Positions 27,260 through 39,989 of a stretch of DNA of 64,000 bases are shown piece after piece (the first letter of the stretch is position 1; each line of letters starts with the position of its first letter). A model generated the notes under the pieces. It made no database searches, was not told the DNA's origin, and was given only the letters and a program-made list of their open reading frames with translations. The DNA comes from Tubulanus polymorphus (lineage: Eukaryota > Animalia > Nemertea), in NCBI RefSeq assembly GCF_964204645.1, contig NC_134028.1, forward strand, positions 17,305,653-17,369,652, read 5' to 3'. Position numbers and translations under genes: made by a program.

Positions 27260-28150
27260 CATATTCCGTGGATGACGTTAGAAAAGCGATTAAACTTTAT
27301 CAGAACGGGAACTATCATTCGGGCATCTAGTCGGGCATATGGTATACCAGAGGCTACTTTAAGAGACAGACTAGCTGAAGGGCCTGAAGTAATCGAAAAG
27401 AGTGGCCCACAGCCCATATTAGGATAAGACATTGAGAGCAAGTTGTGTAACTGGATTGAGAGTATGGGGAAAAAAGGGAGAGCCTAAGAAGAACTGTTAG
27501 ATACCGTCCAACGATGTATGAATGCGGACAACAAAAATACCATATTAAAAGATAACAAATCTGGAAAGGATCGTACAATCCCTTCATGACACGCCACCCA
27601 CACCTTGTTGTCAAATCCTCAAAAAACTTCTCGGTCCCAAGAGCTTTTTGCACATCAGAGGAGGTTATTGGTTGCTGATTTTCCAATTTTGTAAAAGAGA
27701 TAACACGTCTCGAAGGCGGCAAGGATTTACGAAATGATGGAAGTCGAATTTGCAGTTTTGATGAAAGTGGCATTTATTTCTCTATGCCCTAAACCAAGAA
27801 ATGTCATTGGTATACGAGGAAAGTCATCGTATAATGTAGTTAGTGAGGACAGGTGCCTGTGCCAGTGCAGTTGGTTCCGCTATCCCACCTATGTTGATTT
27901 TTCCTGGCCGATGTTTTCGTTATAATTACGATCACTGGTGCTCCCCCAGGCACATACATAGGTTGCAGTGATAATGAATGGATACATACCCCTCTATTTT
28001 GTGGTTGGCTTGCGAATCACTTTATGGCGAACATACCAAAACGGAGGCCAGTCTTACTTTACTGCCCCCCCCCCTCCCCCATGCTAGTCACGTAATCCAA
28101 ACACTCAAGTCTTTTCAAGCCATTTTGGCAGCTTGGAGGAAGCAAGTAAA
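27260..28150 (+). mobile_element. pogo/Fot1-like (Tc1/mariner superfamily) transposase remnant
   Basis: RASSRAYGIPEATLRDRL (psq-type HTH), RICSFDESG, ACASAVG...PPMLIF, SDNEWI. Confidence 0.7.
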
Positions 28151-28600
28151 ACTCTATCGTGATTCCTACGATAGACAACAAGTGACGAAAAAGTGTTTTC
28201 TCCCGTTTTCTGTGATGCCTGGTCTGTTCTTTTCCATCATGTCCCAGCCAAGATATTTATATCAATCAAGATTTGGATACAATATAAACGATAAAACAAG
28301 TATTCCAGTCGAGCTAATATCAGACCATCATTAAAAATGCTATCAGATGCTATCTGAAATTTAATTTCTATATTAAGGACGCCTTCAATCAATCAGCCGC
28401 ACCCCTGTGGCGAACATGGAAGTAAATTTCCGCATTTGAACCTACTTTTTACCAGATATCTCGATGCAACGTTACCTTATGCACGGGATTTCAAAACTAG
28501 ATGAATCTGTAAATCGATGTAAAAATTTCTCCTAATTTACACTTTTGAATCAGTAATATATATGTAATCTATCACTTATAATCGCTAAAATTTATCATAA

Positions 28601-29176
28601 GGCCACGCAAAGAAATACTCTAGTTTCTCAAGAAAGTCAAATGCCGCCCGCATCATGAAAAACGTCCCTCTAATAAAAATCAAAAAGACAAATGCGCATC
28701 GACAAAGCATCAATCGTCTTTTTCTAATAAAAAATTAAAACCCGCTCGCCCGCATAGTTGTGTAGTGTACGACAGTGGCTTTTTTTCTGTGGGCGTTTGT
28801 ATGCTCATCCTCGACGTGCTGGTAATCCACATTGACGATGACAAAAAACAGCGCCAGTTTCGTTTCCTTTGACTTCATCTCGAGGAAGCGCGAAACTAGC
28901 GAAAGTGATTGTCTCAGTTTCGATTAAATGAGTCGATATAGTTTGATTTTATAGGTTTTGGGGATTCTAATTAAAGTTATTTGCGTGTTCTACTTGCTTA
29001 ACTGGTATTTGTTTGGCATTGGTAAAAAAACTTCCCTCCGCGTCTGTTCTATAAGTGTCAGGTTGAGCTTTTTATATCAACTTTTTTATAAAAAAGCAAT
29101 AGAAATAAAATTCGCCTGCCCTCGTCGCTTTCCGAAAAAAATCTGATGAGAAACTAGGGTATTTCTTTGTGTGGCC
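28601..29176. mobile_element. MITE, PIF/Harbinger-like
   Basis: TAA|ggccacgcaaagaaatactctagtttctc ... gagaaactagggtatttctttgtgtggcc|TAA. Confidence 0.75.
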
Positions 29177-31277
29177 TAACATAATCGTTAAAAACAGAAA
29201 CTATTTATCAAGCGATAGTTGATCTTTGAAGAAATCTTGAAAACGTACATGAATTTCTTTTTCCTATAAAACATACCTTAAAAACTGACGTGCGATGTGT
29301 TCTAAGCCTATGCGATTACAAATGATGACTAATGGTGTCTGTACTGATTACGTAATATAAGTTGGTAGGGCGATCATTATATCTACGTATGTGCATAACA
29401 TCGGGGTCATCAAATTGTGGGAACCTGTAATTGCAGTAAAGGGAAAACATGTTGTGCATCCCGTCTGACTATTAATGATACTGTTATTAGTTTGGCGAAA
29501 TCAATTAAGGACTTAGAAAATAGAAAGCTGTCAATATAATTTAGCATGCTTTAATGGAGGCTGGATTAACCTCCTAGCTCATCCACGCATTTCATGTGAA
29601 CTAGGGGTAGTCAATTCGACCATGGTTCTATTTTCCCATACCTACCATGCGTTATCCAATGTCCATGACCTCGCCTGTCGCTTTTACTGTAACCTACTCG
29701 TATATTTTCATACCAGCTTGCTGTGTTACCAAACTTGATGCGCAATAAAGAATTAATTTGATGGAAATATATCTTGGCTGGGTTTCATGACAGAAAATAA
29801 TTCCTCAACATAAAATCGTGCACCGACAAACACTACATCATTTATTACACAAATATAGGTTGTACGCTTTTTCTGAGCCTAGGTTCATAAATGCAACCAA
29901 TAATGCAACCTGGATACCACAAACGCACGTGCGTACGGTCGTATGATATTTCTTCTCGTAAATGTGTTCTTTTTCTCTTTTTATTGTTTTCCTTTAGTTG
30001 TTTCACTTAAATGAACTCTCTTCATTAAAAGCCTGATTATATGTTTCATTTTTTTCTGAACTCCACAAGAACGAAACAAAGATGTGGTATTCTATGTGAA
30101 TTTCTTATAAACCACTTTATTTATGAATGTATATAACATAATCAGAAATAAACACATCTTGATACAAAAAACATTGAAATCAACAATACGTACTGACAAA
30201 CCAATAAAGTGCATCACCTAGCAGCCCACAATCACCATTTAAGAAAGCGTATTGCTTAAAGCAATAAACTGGGTTTCCAGTAGTAAGGCCATGATAACAA
30301 GAAGAACTAGAAGGACTTTTTTGGCCGTTTTAGAATCTAAAGGAAGGACTTTTTCACTCGGAAAAAAGTGCTTTCCAGTAAAATGAGAGCCCATATGGGA
30401 ACCTTTTCGCAATGCCTTGGCCGGAATACTAGTCATGTATCAGACGAGTCATATATTCCAGGGTAATTCCATAACACGTTCCTGTATATCAATCTCATTA
30501 ACAAGTGAATTAATTACCGGGCCTAAGTACTAAAATACTTCAAAAGTCGAATTCACAACAGGATTGCACGTGAAAAATACATAGAAATCAAATTTTGAAG
30601 GTCTTTTTTATCAAAAGGAAGGACTTTTTTATCAAAAGGAAGGACTTTGAGTTAAAAGGAAGGACAAAGATGATGACGCCTGATAAATGTCTGTGGAATA
30701 CAATGATAGCCCATCCGGTTCGGTATCATTTAAAACAGCTAGGTAGTACGTACACAACAGTAATCCGATCCTTTGGGATTATTTGAATTGTATAATAATA
30801 AAATACATCACATATCTTTTGATTACACAAATGTGTTAATGTGTTAATAGAGATAAAAGTAAAATGATAGAAACCCCGAAATGATAGAAACACAACATCC
30901 ATACATTAAGCTGGTGAGATAAAGGTGCACCGCTGTGTTGAATAAACTTGTTGCGTTGACATTTCTGACATCCTTTTAAATTGCGGGAGAAGCCACTTGT
31001 CCTTGACCTGTTGCGATTGAACTTGGGTGACGGTTTCTGACTAATCGACGATCTCGATCTGACTCATGAATATCTCCTATCGAATGGAATGAGGTACATT
31101 AATTGATTCGAATATGATGTGTCATGGAAGGAAAAAAGAGCCGAATCCTGTTGTCAGCGGATTCACTCGACAGTGCTTTTAATCGGAAAACGTAGCTTAC
31201 TACTTACTACTTAATAAACATCTCTTATATGATATCGATCATTCTTTAAAAAAGCCATCATTAAATAGCGATGTATT

Positions 31278-33466
31278 TGTAGTATTAGACGAGAGAGACG
31301 ACCAGAGAACAAGAGCCCAGTACGACGATCAGTTTGATCTTGCAAAATGCGTCACGATTTATTAATACACAGATATTTATATGCAGCGAATATGACGGTC
31401 ACAGACCATCAATAACAAATAGTATTGAATTCGGAAATATACAGTTCACTGGACAGCTGAGTGACATTCGTAATAACAACAGAGTTGAGTCACTCCATAG
31501 GACCGAGTCCCGACATTCTCCCGGAGCAAAGTTTCTGCAAGGCTGCAACGGCAGCAGCTCGTTTTGGGCGAATGAGTTTACTCACTTTTTCTGATTGTGC
31601 CTCCTGTTATTCTTGAATTCTTGATGATTTATCTCAAGCGGGTACAACTTATTAATGGGTCTGCTCGTTCGACCCTTAGCGGTTCGCACGACCGCCGATC
31701 GCACACAATTATCATTTCCACGATTCAACTTTTCAATGATACCCAAACGCCATGTAAGACGAGGCTTTTCCGCGTGGATTTGAACGATATCACCTAATTT
31801 CACTGTTTCCTGATTATTTCCGGACTGACCCTGAGTGCGGCGAGGTACTCATTTTTTCCATCTACCCCAGTAATGCCTCACGTGTACGGCGCGATGCTCC
31901 TGCCGACGATTCAGTCATCGCCAGCATCAGTAATAGGTTACAGAAGTGTCGATATTCTGCGCTCGTACATTAAGTGAGGAGGAGTTAGTGGTTCTGGTTC
32001 TAAAACGCGACTATCAACATATGTTAAAGGGTATCATTAATTTTATATTCACATTCAATGACAACAGTGTTCAATTCATCATAGTTAAGTTTTGCACGAC
32101 CGAGGACTCTTTTCAGACAGTTTTTTTTTGCTATTCCAACTAACCACTTCCCAGAATCTTCCGAACCACGGAGCTCTTCTTTTTGGAATGAAACGCCATT
32201 CGACCCCATTCTGGGCCATGAATGGGAAGATTTTCAGTGATTGAATAGTTTCGAGAGTTTCTCGGATGCGCATGTAAAAGTTGAAAAAAAGTTGAAGCAT
32301 TATTAGGTCAGATACAACTTCTAAATGTAATGCTCTAGAAATACCGCGTGTAATAAGACAAATATAAACCTTTGCATCAAATGATTCGGTTCTTACGATC
32401 AAAGCGCCTGTATAATCAATACCAACTACTGAAAAGGGTGGCGCTTTCTGAATGCGTAGGGCGGGTAATGGAGCCGAATCGGGTAACACGAATGGTTTAC
32501 CAGTGCCAGCCTTAATACAAGGCACACACTTTTGTATCAAAGAGGTGTACGACGACAAATTTGTGGTACCCAATTTTCTGTCTAACAAATGCTATTGTTC
32601 CATTATCACCTTCGTGCATTACCTGAATACGATGGACGTAACGGAGATACAAAAACGTGAATCGATGGGTTATCGGCAACAGGATTGGGTACTTCGTTTT
32701 CACCGGAAGCCTAGCAATCTGTATTCTCCCCCGCAGCGACGGACGCCATCCGTCAAAAAAAGTTTTAACTGTCTTACCAAAACTGGTCGTGGCTTCGAAT
32801 TGGAACGTAACATCAGCAAACCCTTCACTCTGAATACCGAACACCCATTGATTCTCCAAATCCGCGTTCTCCGACAGTGATTGGATCTAAAAGAGGGACA
32901 AAACATTTACGCAGTGGCATATTTACAAATCTGTATACACGAACCGTCACTCTCAACAGGCGATTCAACGAATGAAAGCTATCAATATCCATAGCCTTGT
33001 GTATACCGTAACAAGTATTTGATCTAACTGACATAGCTGTAACAGTTACGAAAAAATTATTTGCACAATCAACAAACAGTATCAAAATGAAAATTTGGCA
33101 GCTGAGACTCTGATAGCCATGTAGGCTCTTTCCAATTCACACGAAGCAAGAGTATCCGCAGAAATCCCACGTGAAGGAAGATCTGCAGGATAACGTTCAC
33201 TGTTACAGTAATGCCAGTATGACATGCATTTAGTGGTCAACTTTCGAATTTCTAAAATCCGATTCATAACAAACGTACTCTAATTGTAACTAATTGTTTA
33301 TCGGAAATAATCCAAGACAGAACAATTTGGCTATCGGACCAAATATGTGTAGCAATATGTAGTCGAGAATCCATCGATTTTTTAATGTAAGTAGCCAAAC
33401 GTGATACGAGAAATTCAGCCATGAGTTCCATTTCTGGAATTGTTCTTACTTTGATAGGAGATACCC
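31278..33466 (-). mobile_element. BEL/Pao LTR retrotransposon 3' part (RNase H, integrase, C-terminal domain, PPT, putative LTR ~31278-31515)
   Basis: PEMELMA, WSDSQIVLSWI, PADLPSRG, PPFSVVGIDYTG, SRALHLEVV, APWFGRFWE, GDIVQI..WRLGII..VRSAVVRT..RPINKLYPLE; gggagaa|TGT...ACA. Confidence 0.85.
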
Positions 33467-33467
33467 A

Positions 33468-33584
<117 letters not shown>

Positions 33585-33769
33585 ATATACCCTATTAATA
33601 ATATTCCTGATAATATTCAACTCTAACTGAAATTGTAAATTCTGAATTATCCAAATTATATATTTGGTTTCGTGCAAATAGGCTATCACCGAATTTAACT
33701 AAAACACACTATATGGTATTTAGCCGTGCTAAACTCAAAGATTCTATCAATATATTTATCAATGATGCT

Positions 33770-33950
33770 AGATTATCCATTATAAGTTCATGAGACTAAA
33801 TTCCTTGGTGTTCAGAAAGATAGCAGTTTAAACTGGAAATCCCACATCACACAAATTACAAAAAATTAGCAAGATTTATTGGTAACATTGGTAAACTATC
33901 GAAATTTTTGTCTCAAAATGTACTTAGACAAATGTTATCATTCATTTATT
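33770..33950 (+). mobile_element. LINE RT C-terminal fragment (L2/CR1-like)
   Basis: ETKFLGV..DSSLNWKSHI motif. Confidence 0.55.
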
Positions 33951-34137
33951 TTTTTGTCACCGAAGCTATTGTAACATTATCTGAGATAACACATATATCC
34001 CTTTTTTTCCTTAAAATTTCCTTCAAAAGAGTTCCAATACCCGTTGCGATACCAGGACGTTTTTCACTTAAAGTTAATGGCCCAAAAAAAATGTGGAACA
34101 GTCTAGATGAAATCCTTAAGATTTTCCCCATCTATTA

Positions 34138-34326
<189 letters not shown>

Positions 34327-34417
34327 AGTAATTGGGAAAGTAGGCTTTCATACCAGAGGTCGAGCGGTCGAGACACCACTCACCACCACAAGTAATTTTT
34401 TTTTCCTAATAAATGGG
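34327..34417 (+). repeat. Left TIR (includes the TAAATG start of the first gene)
   Basis: agtaattgggaaagtaggctttcataccagaggtcgagcggtcgagacaccact...cctaataaatggg; reverse complement of 51515-51604 with one substitution and one T-run indel. Confidence 0.95.
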
Positions 34418-34738
34418 AGATAGAAAAGCATTCTTAGCAACAATAAATAACAGAATTAAACCAGCAAAAAAAAATTTGAAATAAAAAAGTTAGTTGATGT
34501 TACAAAAGAAATTGAACATAAAATATTGAAATTAGAAAAGATAAAAACTAAATATGGAGAGAAAGTATCAGCGAATTTAAGCTACTGTAATGTTAGTACA
34601 TCGCGAGAATTTAAAGTATTTTTACCTGATAAATGGGTTTCATTGAGTACAGAGGAATTAAAAGATTTAGAAGGATTTAAAATAATCTACCATGGGAAAA
34701 ATGAAGACGGTCATCATGATTTAGAAATTGTTGATTAA
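34413..34738 (+). pseudogene. Small KYG/LP-family PLV gene (one frameshift in an A run)
   Basis: MGDRKAFLATIN.../KIKTKYGEKV...KVFLPDKW...IIYHGKNEDGHH. Confidence 0.7.
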
Positions 34739-35008
34739 ATAAAAAATAAAAATAATGAATATCTAGAATCCAAAATGACCTTAGTCGTTTTACAAAAAAA
34801 ACAATCATACAGTCAAACATCTGTTACATGTTATTATAAGAGAGTGCTTCATTTGAATATTGATCGATCAAACAGGTGTTGCAATTCAACGTTGTTGTTA
34901 TAGCAGTTATATGATAAGCACGCAGTACATACAACACACACAGGACAGGAGGATATATTACCTCTCGTGATTAAAAGGAATATTTCAATGTTTTTACGGT
35001 AAGTTTTA

Positions 35009-35323
35009 GCAAAACCACCCGACTTGACTTACAGAGTTTTTAGGGGATAAGCATCCCGTTATTGAGAGGCGCCACGAGATACCTATCCCCAAGCATTTCT
35101 ACTTACACCCCTGTGACCCACACCTCGCCAATTCTCCTTCAATGGTTGACAGGAAACACATTATATTAAAGGCGCCTAATGCATTTCCTATCAACCCCTT
35201 ACCCCCGAAAGGAGGATCGAAAGTCGAACTTGAAGGAGAACCACGGAGGGTGGACAAAGGTGCATTTTCGAAATGCCCCTGCAAGCCAAGCCCGGCGGAA
35301 CTCCAGTGGTTGAATGAATTGCC
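35009..35323 (-). ncRNA. Putative structured RNA of unknown class
   Basis: Nested long stems whose mismatches are A-C on + and G-U on -; two hairpins with GGCGCC-containing loops. Confidence 0.55.
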
Positions 35324-35754
35324 TTATATACTTAGCTAAAAGTAAATGTTGCTGGTGCTAAAAAAATATGTGAAATTTGAAATTATAAATTATTCCGAAT
35401 GAAAAGAATATAAGAATGAAAACTGATGAATGAATTATGGATTTTTAACTTAATTATGATATAATTTTTAATCAAATTAGTAATCAATTACCATGTTAAT
35501 TGATTAACAAATTCAAATTCAAATTCAAATATTCATTTTAGCATCACACCCAGTGCTGCCATCTTTCAATTTAAACAAAAAACTAATAATAAGAAACGAC
35601 TGTAATACAATATTCAAGTAAAAACAAAATAAATTAATAAAAATAATGAATATCTATAATCCGAAATGACTTATCTGGACAATTTAATTGCTCCGCATAG
35701 ATAGACAAAAGTAGTGAGATATTCAATTATTTTTTTTGCTTTTTTTCTAAAATA

Positions 35755-36123
35755 TTAATCCATTTTTTTTATTGTCAATTTTGGAATTTCAGAAGTATTT
35801 TCATTTTTGATAGCAGTTGTTTCAGAATTATAAATATCATGAATTTTATTTGATTTCTTATACCAATTACACCCAATCAAAATGAATACAATTACAAATC
35901 CAACTGTAAAATATAGACATTTATCAAATATTCTATCATTAGAAGGAGTAGAAATAACAATATTTTCACTATTTTTATTAACATTTTTATTACTTATTTT
36001 TTCTTTTACAGCTTTTTTATATTCTTTTGATTTAATTCCTAATTGCCGAGACCATTCAATTTGTTTCTGTGATCTCGGTTTTTTCTTCACAGTTAATTCC
36101 TTCACTTCTTCCACCTCGCTCAT
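35755..36123 (-). CDS. Basic single-TM viral protein
   Basis: KKKPRSQKQIEWSRQLG N-terminus; CLYFTVGFVIVFILIG TM; TAATAAATG start. Confidence 0.7.
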   Translation of the reverse strand: MSEVEEVKELTVKKKPRSQKQIEWSRQLGIKSKEYKKAVKEKISNKNVNKNSENIVISTPSNDRIFDKCLYFTVGFVIVFILIGCNWYKKSNKIHDIYNSETTAIKNENTSEIPKLTIKKMD

Positions 36124-36659
36124 TTATTATAGAAATATTTTTACTTTCAATATTTGAAAATGTTATAACCCCAGTTGATAATAATGTCATAAATCCGCCT
36201 AATTGAAATGATAAATATCCAATCCATTTATTTAATTCAGTCATAACTAAATAGTCATTTTTTAAATCGGAATATAATCTATTTTCATCTTCAATTGGTA
36301 GTATATAATTACATAATTTACTATAACCTTTTACTACATTTTCTGATATCGCGTCATTAATTCTAGCTGTTCTCGCGGCTTCATAAATCTTAAATAATCT
36401 AATAATTTCATCTGATTTCATTGTATCTAATTCATAATAAGTTAAATTTTTACCGACAAAATTTTTACATTTTCCAGATGCTATTAATATTTCTAATTGA
36501 TGTTTACAATAAAGATAATATTCATAATTATTATTTGTTGTAACATTATTAAAAGCACCATCATCTGGAATTAATGTTTTCTGTTATTCCTAAATCATCT
36601 AAAGTTTTTTCAATTGGAACATCACCATTTTTAGATTTTATTTTCTTTTCACCTCCCAT
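36056..36659 (-). pseudogene. Conserved PLV hypothetical protein (frameshifted)
   Basis: Paralog of 3398-3976. Confidence 0.75.
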
Positions 36660-36690
36660 TTATATAACAAAAAAATTAATTGTGTTGTTG

Positions 36691-36951
36691 CAACTAGAAT
36701 TCAACTAGAATGTAACTAGAATTCAACTAGATTAACAAGCTAGTTGAAATATTGTTGTTTTTATTTATTTCTTGTTAAATCTAGTTGATTTTTGTTCCAA
36801 CTACTAATAACTAGAATTCAACTGGAATGTAACTAGAATTAAACTAGATTAACAAGCTAGTTAAAATATTGTTAAATCTAGTTGACTTTTGTTCCAACTA
36901 CTAATAATTAGAATGTAACTAAAAATATACTATATTAACAAGCTAGTTGAA
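36691..36951. repeat. Intergenic AACTAG/CTAGTT repeat block
   Basis: caactagaattcaactagaatgtaactagaatt...aacaagctagtt present about three times. Confidence 0.85.
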
Positions 36952-36952
36952 T

Positions 36953-37541
36953 TTAAATAAATTCATATTTAAATGGGTGTTGTAATCTAAATAGTAATTT
37001 TGATCTTTTAATATTTTTCAACTTATCCATATATTCATTGTGTAAATCATGTGGAATAATATCATTTTCCTCAAATGCATTTTTCATCGATTTTCTATCT
37101 TTATTGTAGAATAAAACTAGAAATCTAAGGTTTTCTCTAAAGTCTTTAACAATTGAATTATAATTTTTATTTAAAACCCAAGTTGTTATCCCAAAATGTC
37201 TGCCAGAAAAAGCTAAATAACATAACTCACTCTCTCTAATTTTTGAATCATGTAAATTTGCACAATCATCTATAATGAATAATGTATTTGATCCTTTATA
37301 AATTATTATCTAAATTTTCTTTTACTGTTTTAGGATCTAATATAATAAATTTATTATTTCTAGTAATATTTCTATCATAAGTTTGATTAAATTCATATGT
37401 TGGACAAAATAATACTATATTATCAAAATAGTTTTTATAAACAGTTTCTAATAAGTTTAATATAGAATAAGTTTTTCCACAATTTGTTACACCAGAAATT
37501 AACATATTATGAGGTTCAAATATAAATAATTCCTTATTCAT
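36953..37541 (-). pseudogene. A32/FtsK-type genome packaging ATPase (one in-frame stop)
   Basis: Walker A ISGVTNCGKT, Walker B LFIIDDC, SGRH motif. Confidence 0.9.
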
Positions 37542-38671
37542 TTATACATTTTTTAATTTTACTTGACAATATCCATTCATTGAATTTATCTGGCCATCCA
37601 ACCCATTTTACTAAAGAATATTTTTTTCTTTTAATAGTTTTTGTTTTAAATACTTTTTCAATTTTATATTCTTGTTCTAGATTTTCAGTAGTTAAACTCA
37701 ATTCTTCTTCGTAAAAGTAGCCATCAACTTCTTCACCATCTAAATCTTCTAATTTATAGACATATGGTTTTGTTGTTATTACCTTTTTTATTTTATATAT
37801 TTCCCTAGTAAAATTTCGATCGTATCCTTTGTCAAATATCTTTTTATACTTAGAAATTCTAACATTTTGACCAACTTTAAATTTAGGTTCACCAGAATCA
37901 TCTACAAGAAATGCTCCATATAAATTATTCCAAACAATTTCAGCATTTTCAGGTTTTCTAGCATCAATAGGTTTCATTCCAATAGAAGAATGATAAGAAT
38001 TATTATATCCTTCTATCAATTTTGGTAAAACATCAATCCATTTAAAAGTATTATTTGCTGTAAAATATTTCCACATTCTTGTTCTTAATGTTCTATTAAA
38101 TCGTTCAACAACTGCCGCTTTTTTATCCGATTTTGTTGAAAAATATTTAATATTATGATTATCTAAGAGTTCATGAACAAGTGAATTATCAAACTCCTTT
38201 CCATCATCAAATTGTTTTTTTTTCTGGTTTTAGTTTATCATCCGAAAGAAATTTTCTTAAAACATTTGATGTTTGTTCAGCATCTTTTCTATAAAGTGGG
38301 AAACTCCATACATAACGACTAAAAATATCAATTATATTCAATATCCACCAATAATCATCATTATGTTTCTTAACATTTTTCATATCAATTAAATCTCCTT
38401 GCCACTGTTGATCTACATAACTTACCATAGTTTTACTAGTTTTATATTTTCTAACAATTTTTTTATGTGTTGTATATGTTGGTTGTTCTAACATAAATTC
38501 ATTTATATCTTTATATTTAACTAAATTTTGTGGGATTATCTTATCTAATTTATCTTGTTTTACTTGACGCCATATATTTTTGGTAGAAGAATAAGTAACC
38601 CAACTCTCAGGGTTGTAATATAAATTTCTTAAATATTGTTCTTTAGTATTAGGAGTTTTTTTACCGCCCAC
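37534..38671 (-). pseudogene. int: Retroviral-type (rve) integrase with C-terminal chromodomain
   Basis: QWQGDLIDM, IDIFSRY, QFDDGKEF, VVERFNRTLR, YN..YHSSIGMKP, YKIEKV...LVKWVGWPDKFNEWI. Confidence 0.93.
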
Positions 38672-38701
38672 TTATATATCGTTAATTTTAACTTTATATT
38701 T

Positions 38702-39965
38702 CTAATATTGAATACTATCTAATTGTGAATTCACAATATTTAATTGTGCGTCAGATATAATATAAATGTGCATTTTGAAATTGTTGCCTCTTTTCTTCGC
38801 CATGAATAATTGTATTCCATCTTTAGTATTTTGCAGTTTTTTCCCAGAACCATGTAATGAATTTTCCTCTGTTGTTCTAAAATCTAACCATAATGCATAT
38901 TTATTACCGGTATAATAATCAATTTGATTAATATTACAATTTTCAAATGATTTTACTTTTTCATTCATAAAATGTTTTCTAATTTCTGGCCACTGATCTA
39001 TCATTCTCATTCCTTGACAAAATATTATATTTGCTATTCCTTCGATAGTTATTTCTACTTTTGTTATTTCAGGATTATAATAATTATCAACATTTATTGC
39101 GCCATTAGTATATGTTGCAATGGTAAAAATTTAATATACCTTTAAATATATTAATATACCTTTAATAGATCTTCTTGGGAAGTTAATATTCTCATTAATA
39201 ATTTCATCATTTGCATTAAATAGTTACAGTTTTAAATTTATCAATATAATCATATAATAATGAAAATCCTTGATTGTATTTAGTTTGAATTATACTTGAA
39301 ATATTTTCATCAGTTACTGTATCATATTCTAAACATATATTCGATAATTTATAACTCATATCTTTATTAACGCTAGGTATTACAATTTCATTAACAGGAG
39401 CAAATGTTATTTCGAATATAACGTCTTCTTGAATTGCGTATTTATATAAAGGCGCATTATTATTTATCAATTCAAAGTCTAATGGAATTTTATATTTGCT
39501 TCCATAAATCGTTTTTATCAAATTATCTACAGCATTAGTTACTACTGCATTATTGGCTTCAGATCTTAATTTATTATGGTTTTCCGATTGAATACCCTGA
39601 AATATCATATTATTTCTATTTTCTTTAGTTAACCATAAATCTTTATAATGCATAAATAGATTATAATCATCTAATGAGAAAACTGTTTCTCAACCAATCT
39701 TTATAGTTAATTTTTTAATCAAATATCTCCCAACATTATCGACAACATAATTATTATCATGACCGGTTACTTTTATATCGGCTGATAAATAAATACTATT
39801 TGGAACATAAAAAGTATTTTGTGTTAATCTAGGAATTCTAACATATAAAGTTTCATCGGGATTAATATTTGAAGGATTATGAGTAATTATATGATGTGAT
39901 CTTTCTGCTTTAATAGCATTAGATATTCTAGAAATCTTAGAAGGACTTATATAACTCCCACTCAT
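38702..39965 (-). pseudogene. Major capsid protein (double jelly-roll), frameshifted
   Basis: ~420 codons; NPSNINPDETLYVRIP, IPLDF, LSNICLEYD, PRRSIKGI, ALWLDFRT...LHGSG; size and position typical of Polinton MCP. Confidence 0.75.
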
Positions 39966-39989
39966 TTATTTAACAAAAAAATTAATGAT

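Noticed and set aside
35099-35339. Two short ORFs over the GC-rich island
   Set aside because: No motif or TAAATG start; the strand-specific base pairing is better explained by RNA structure
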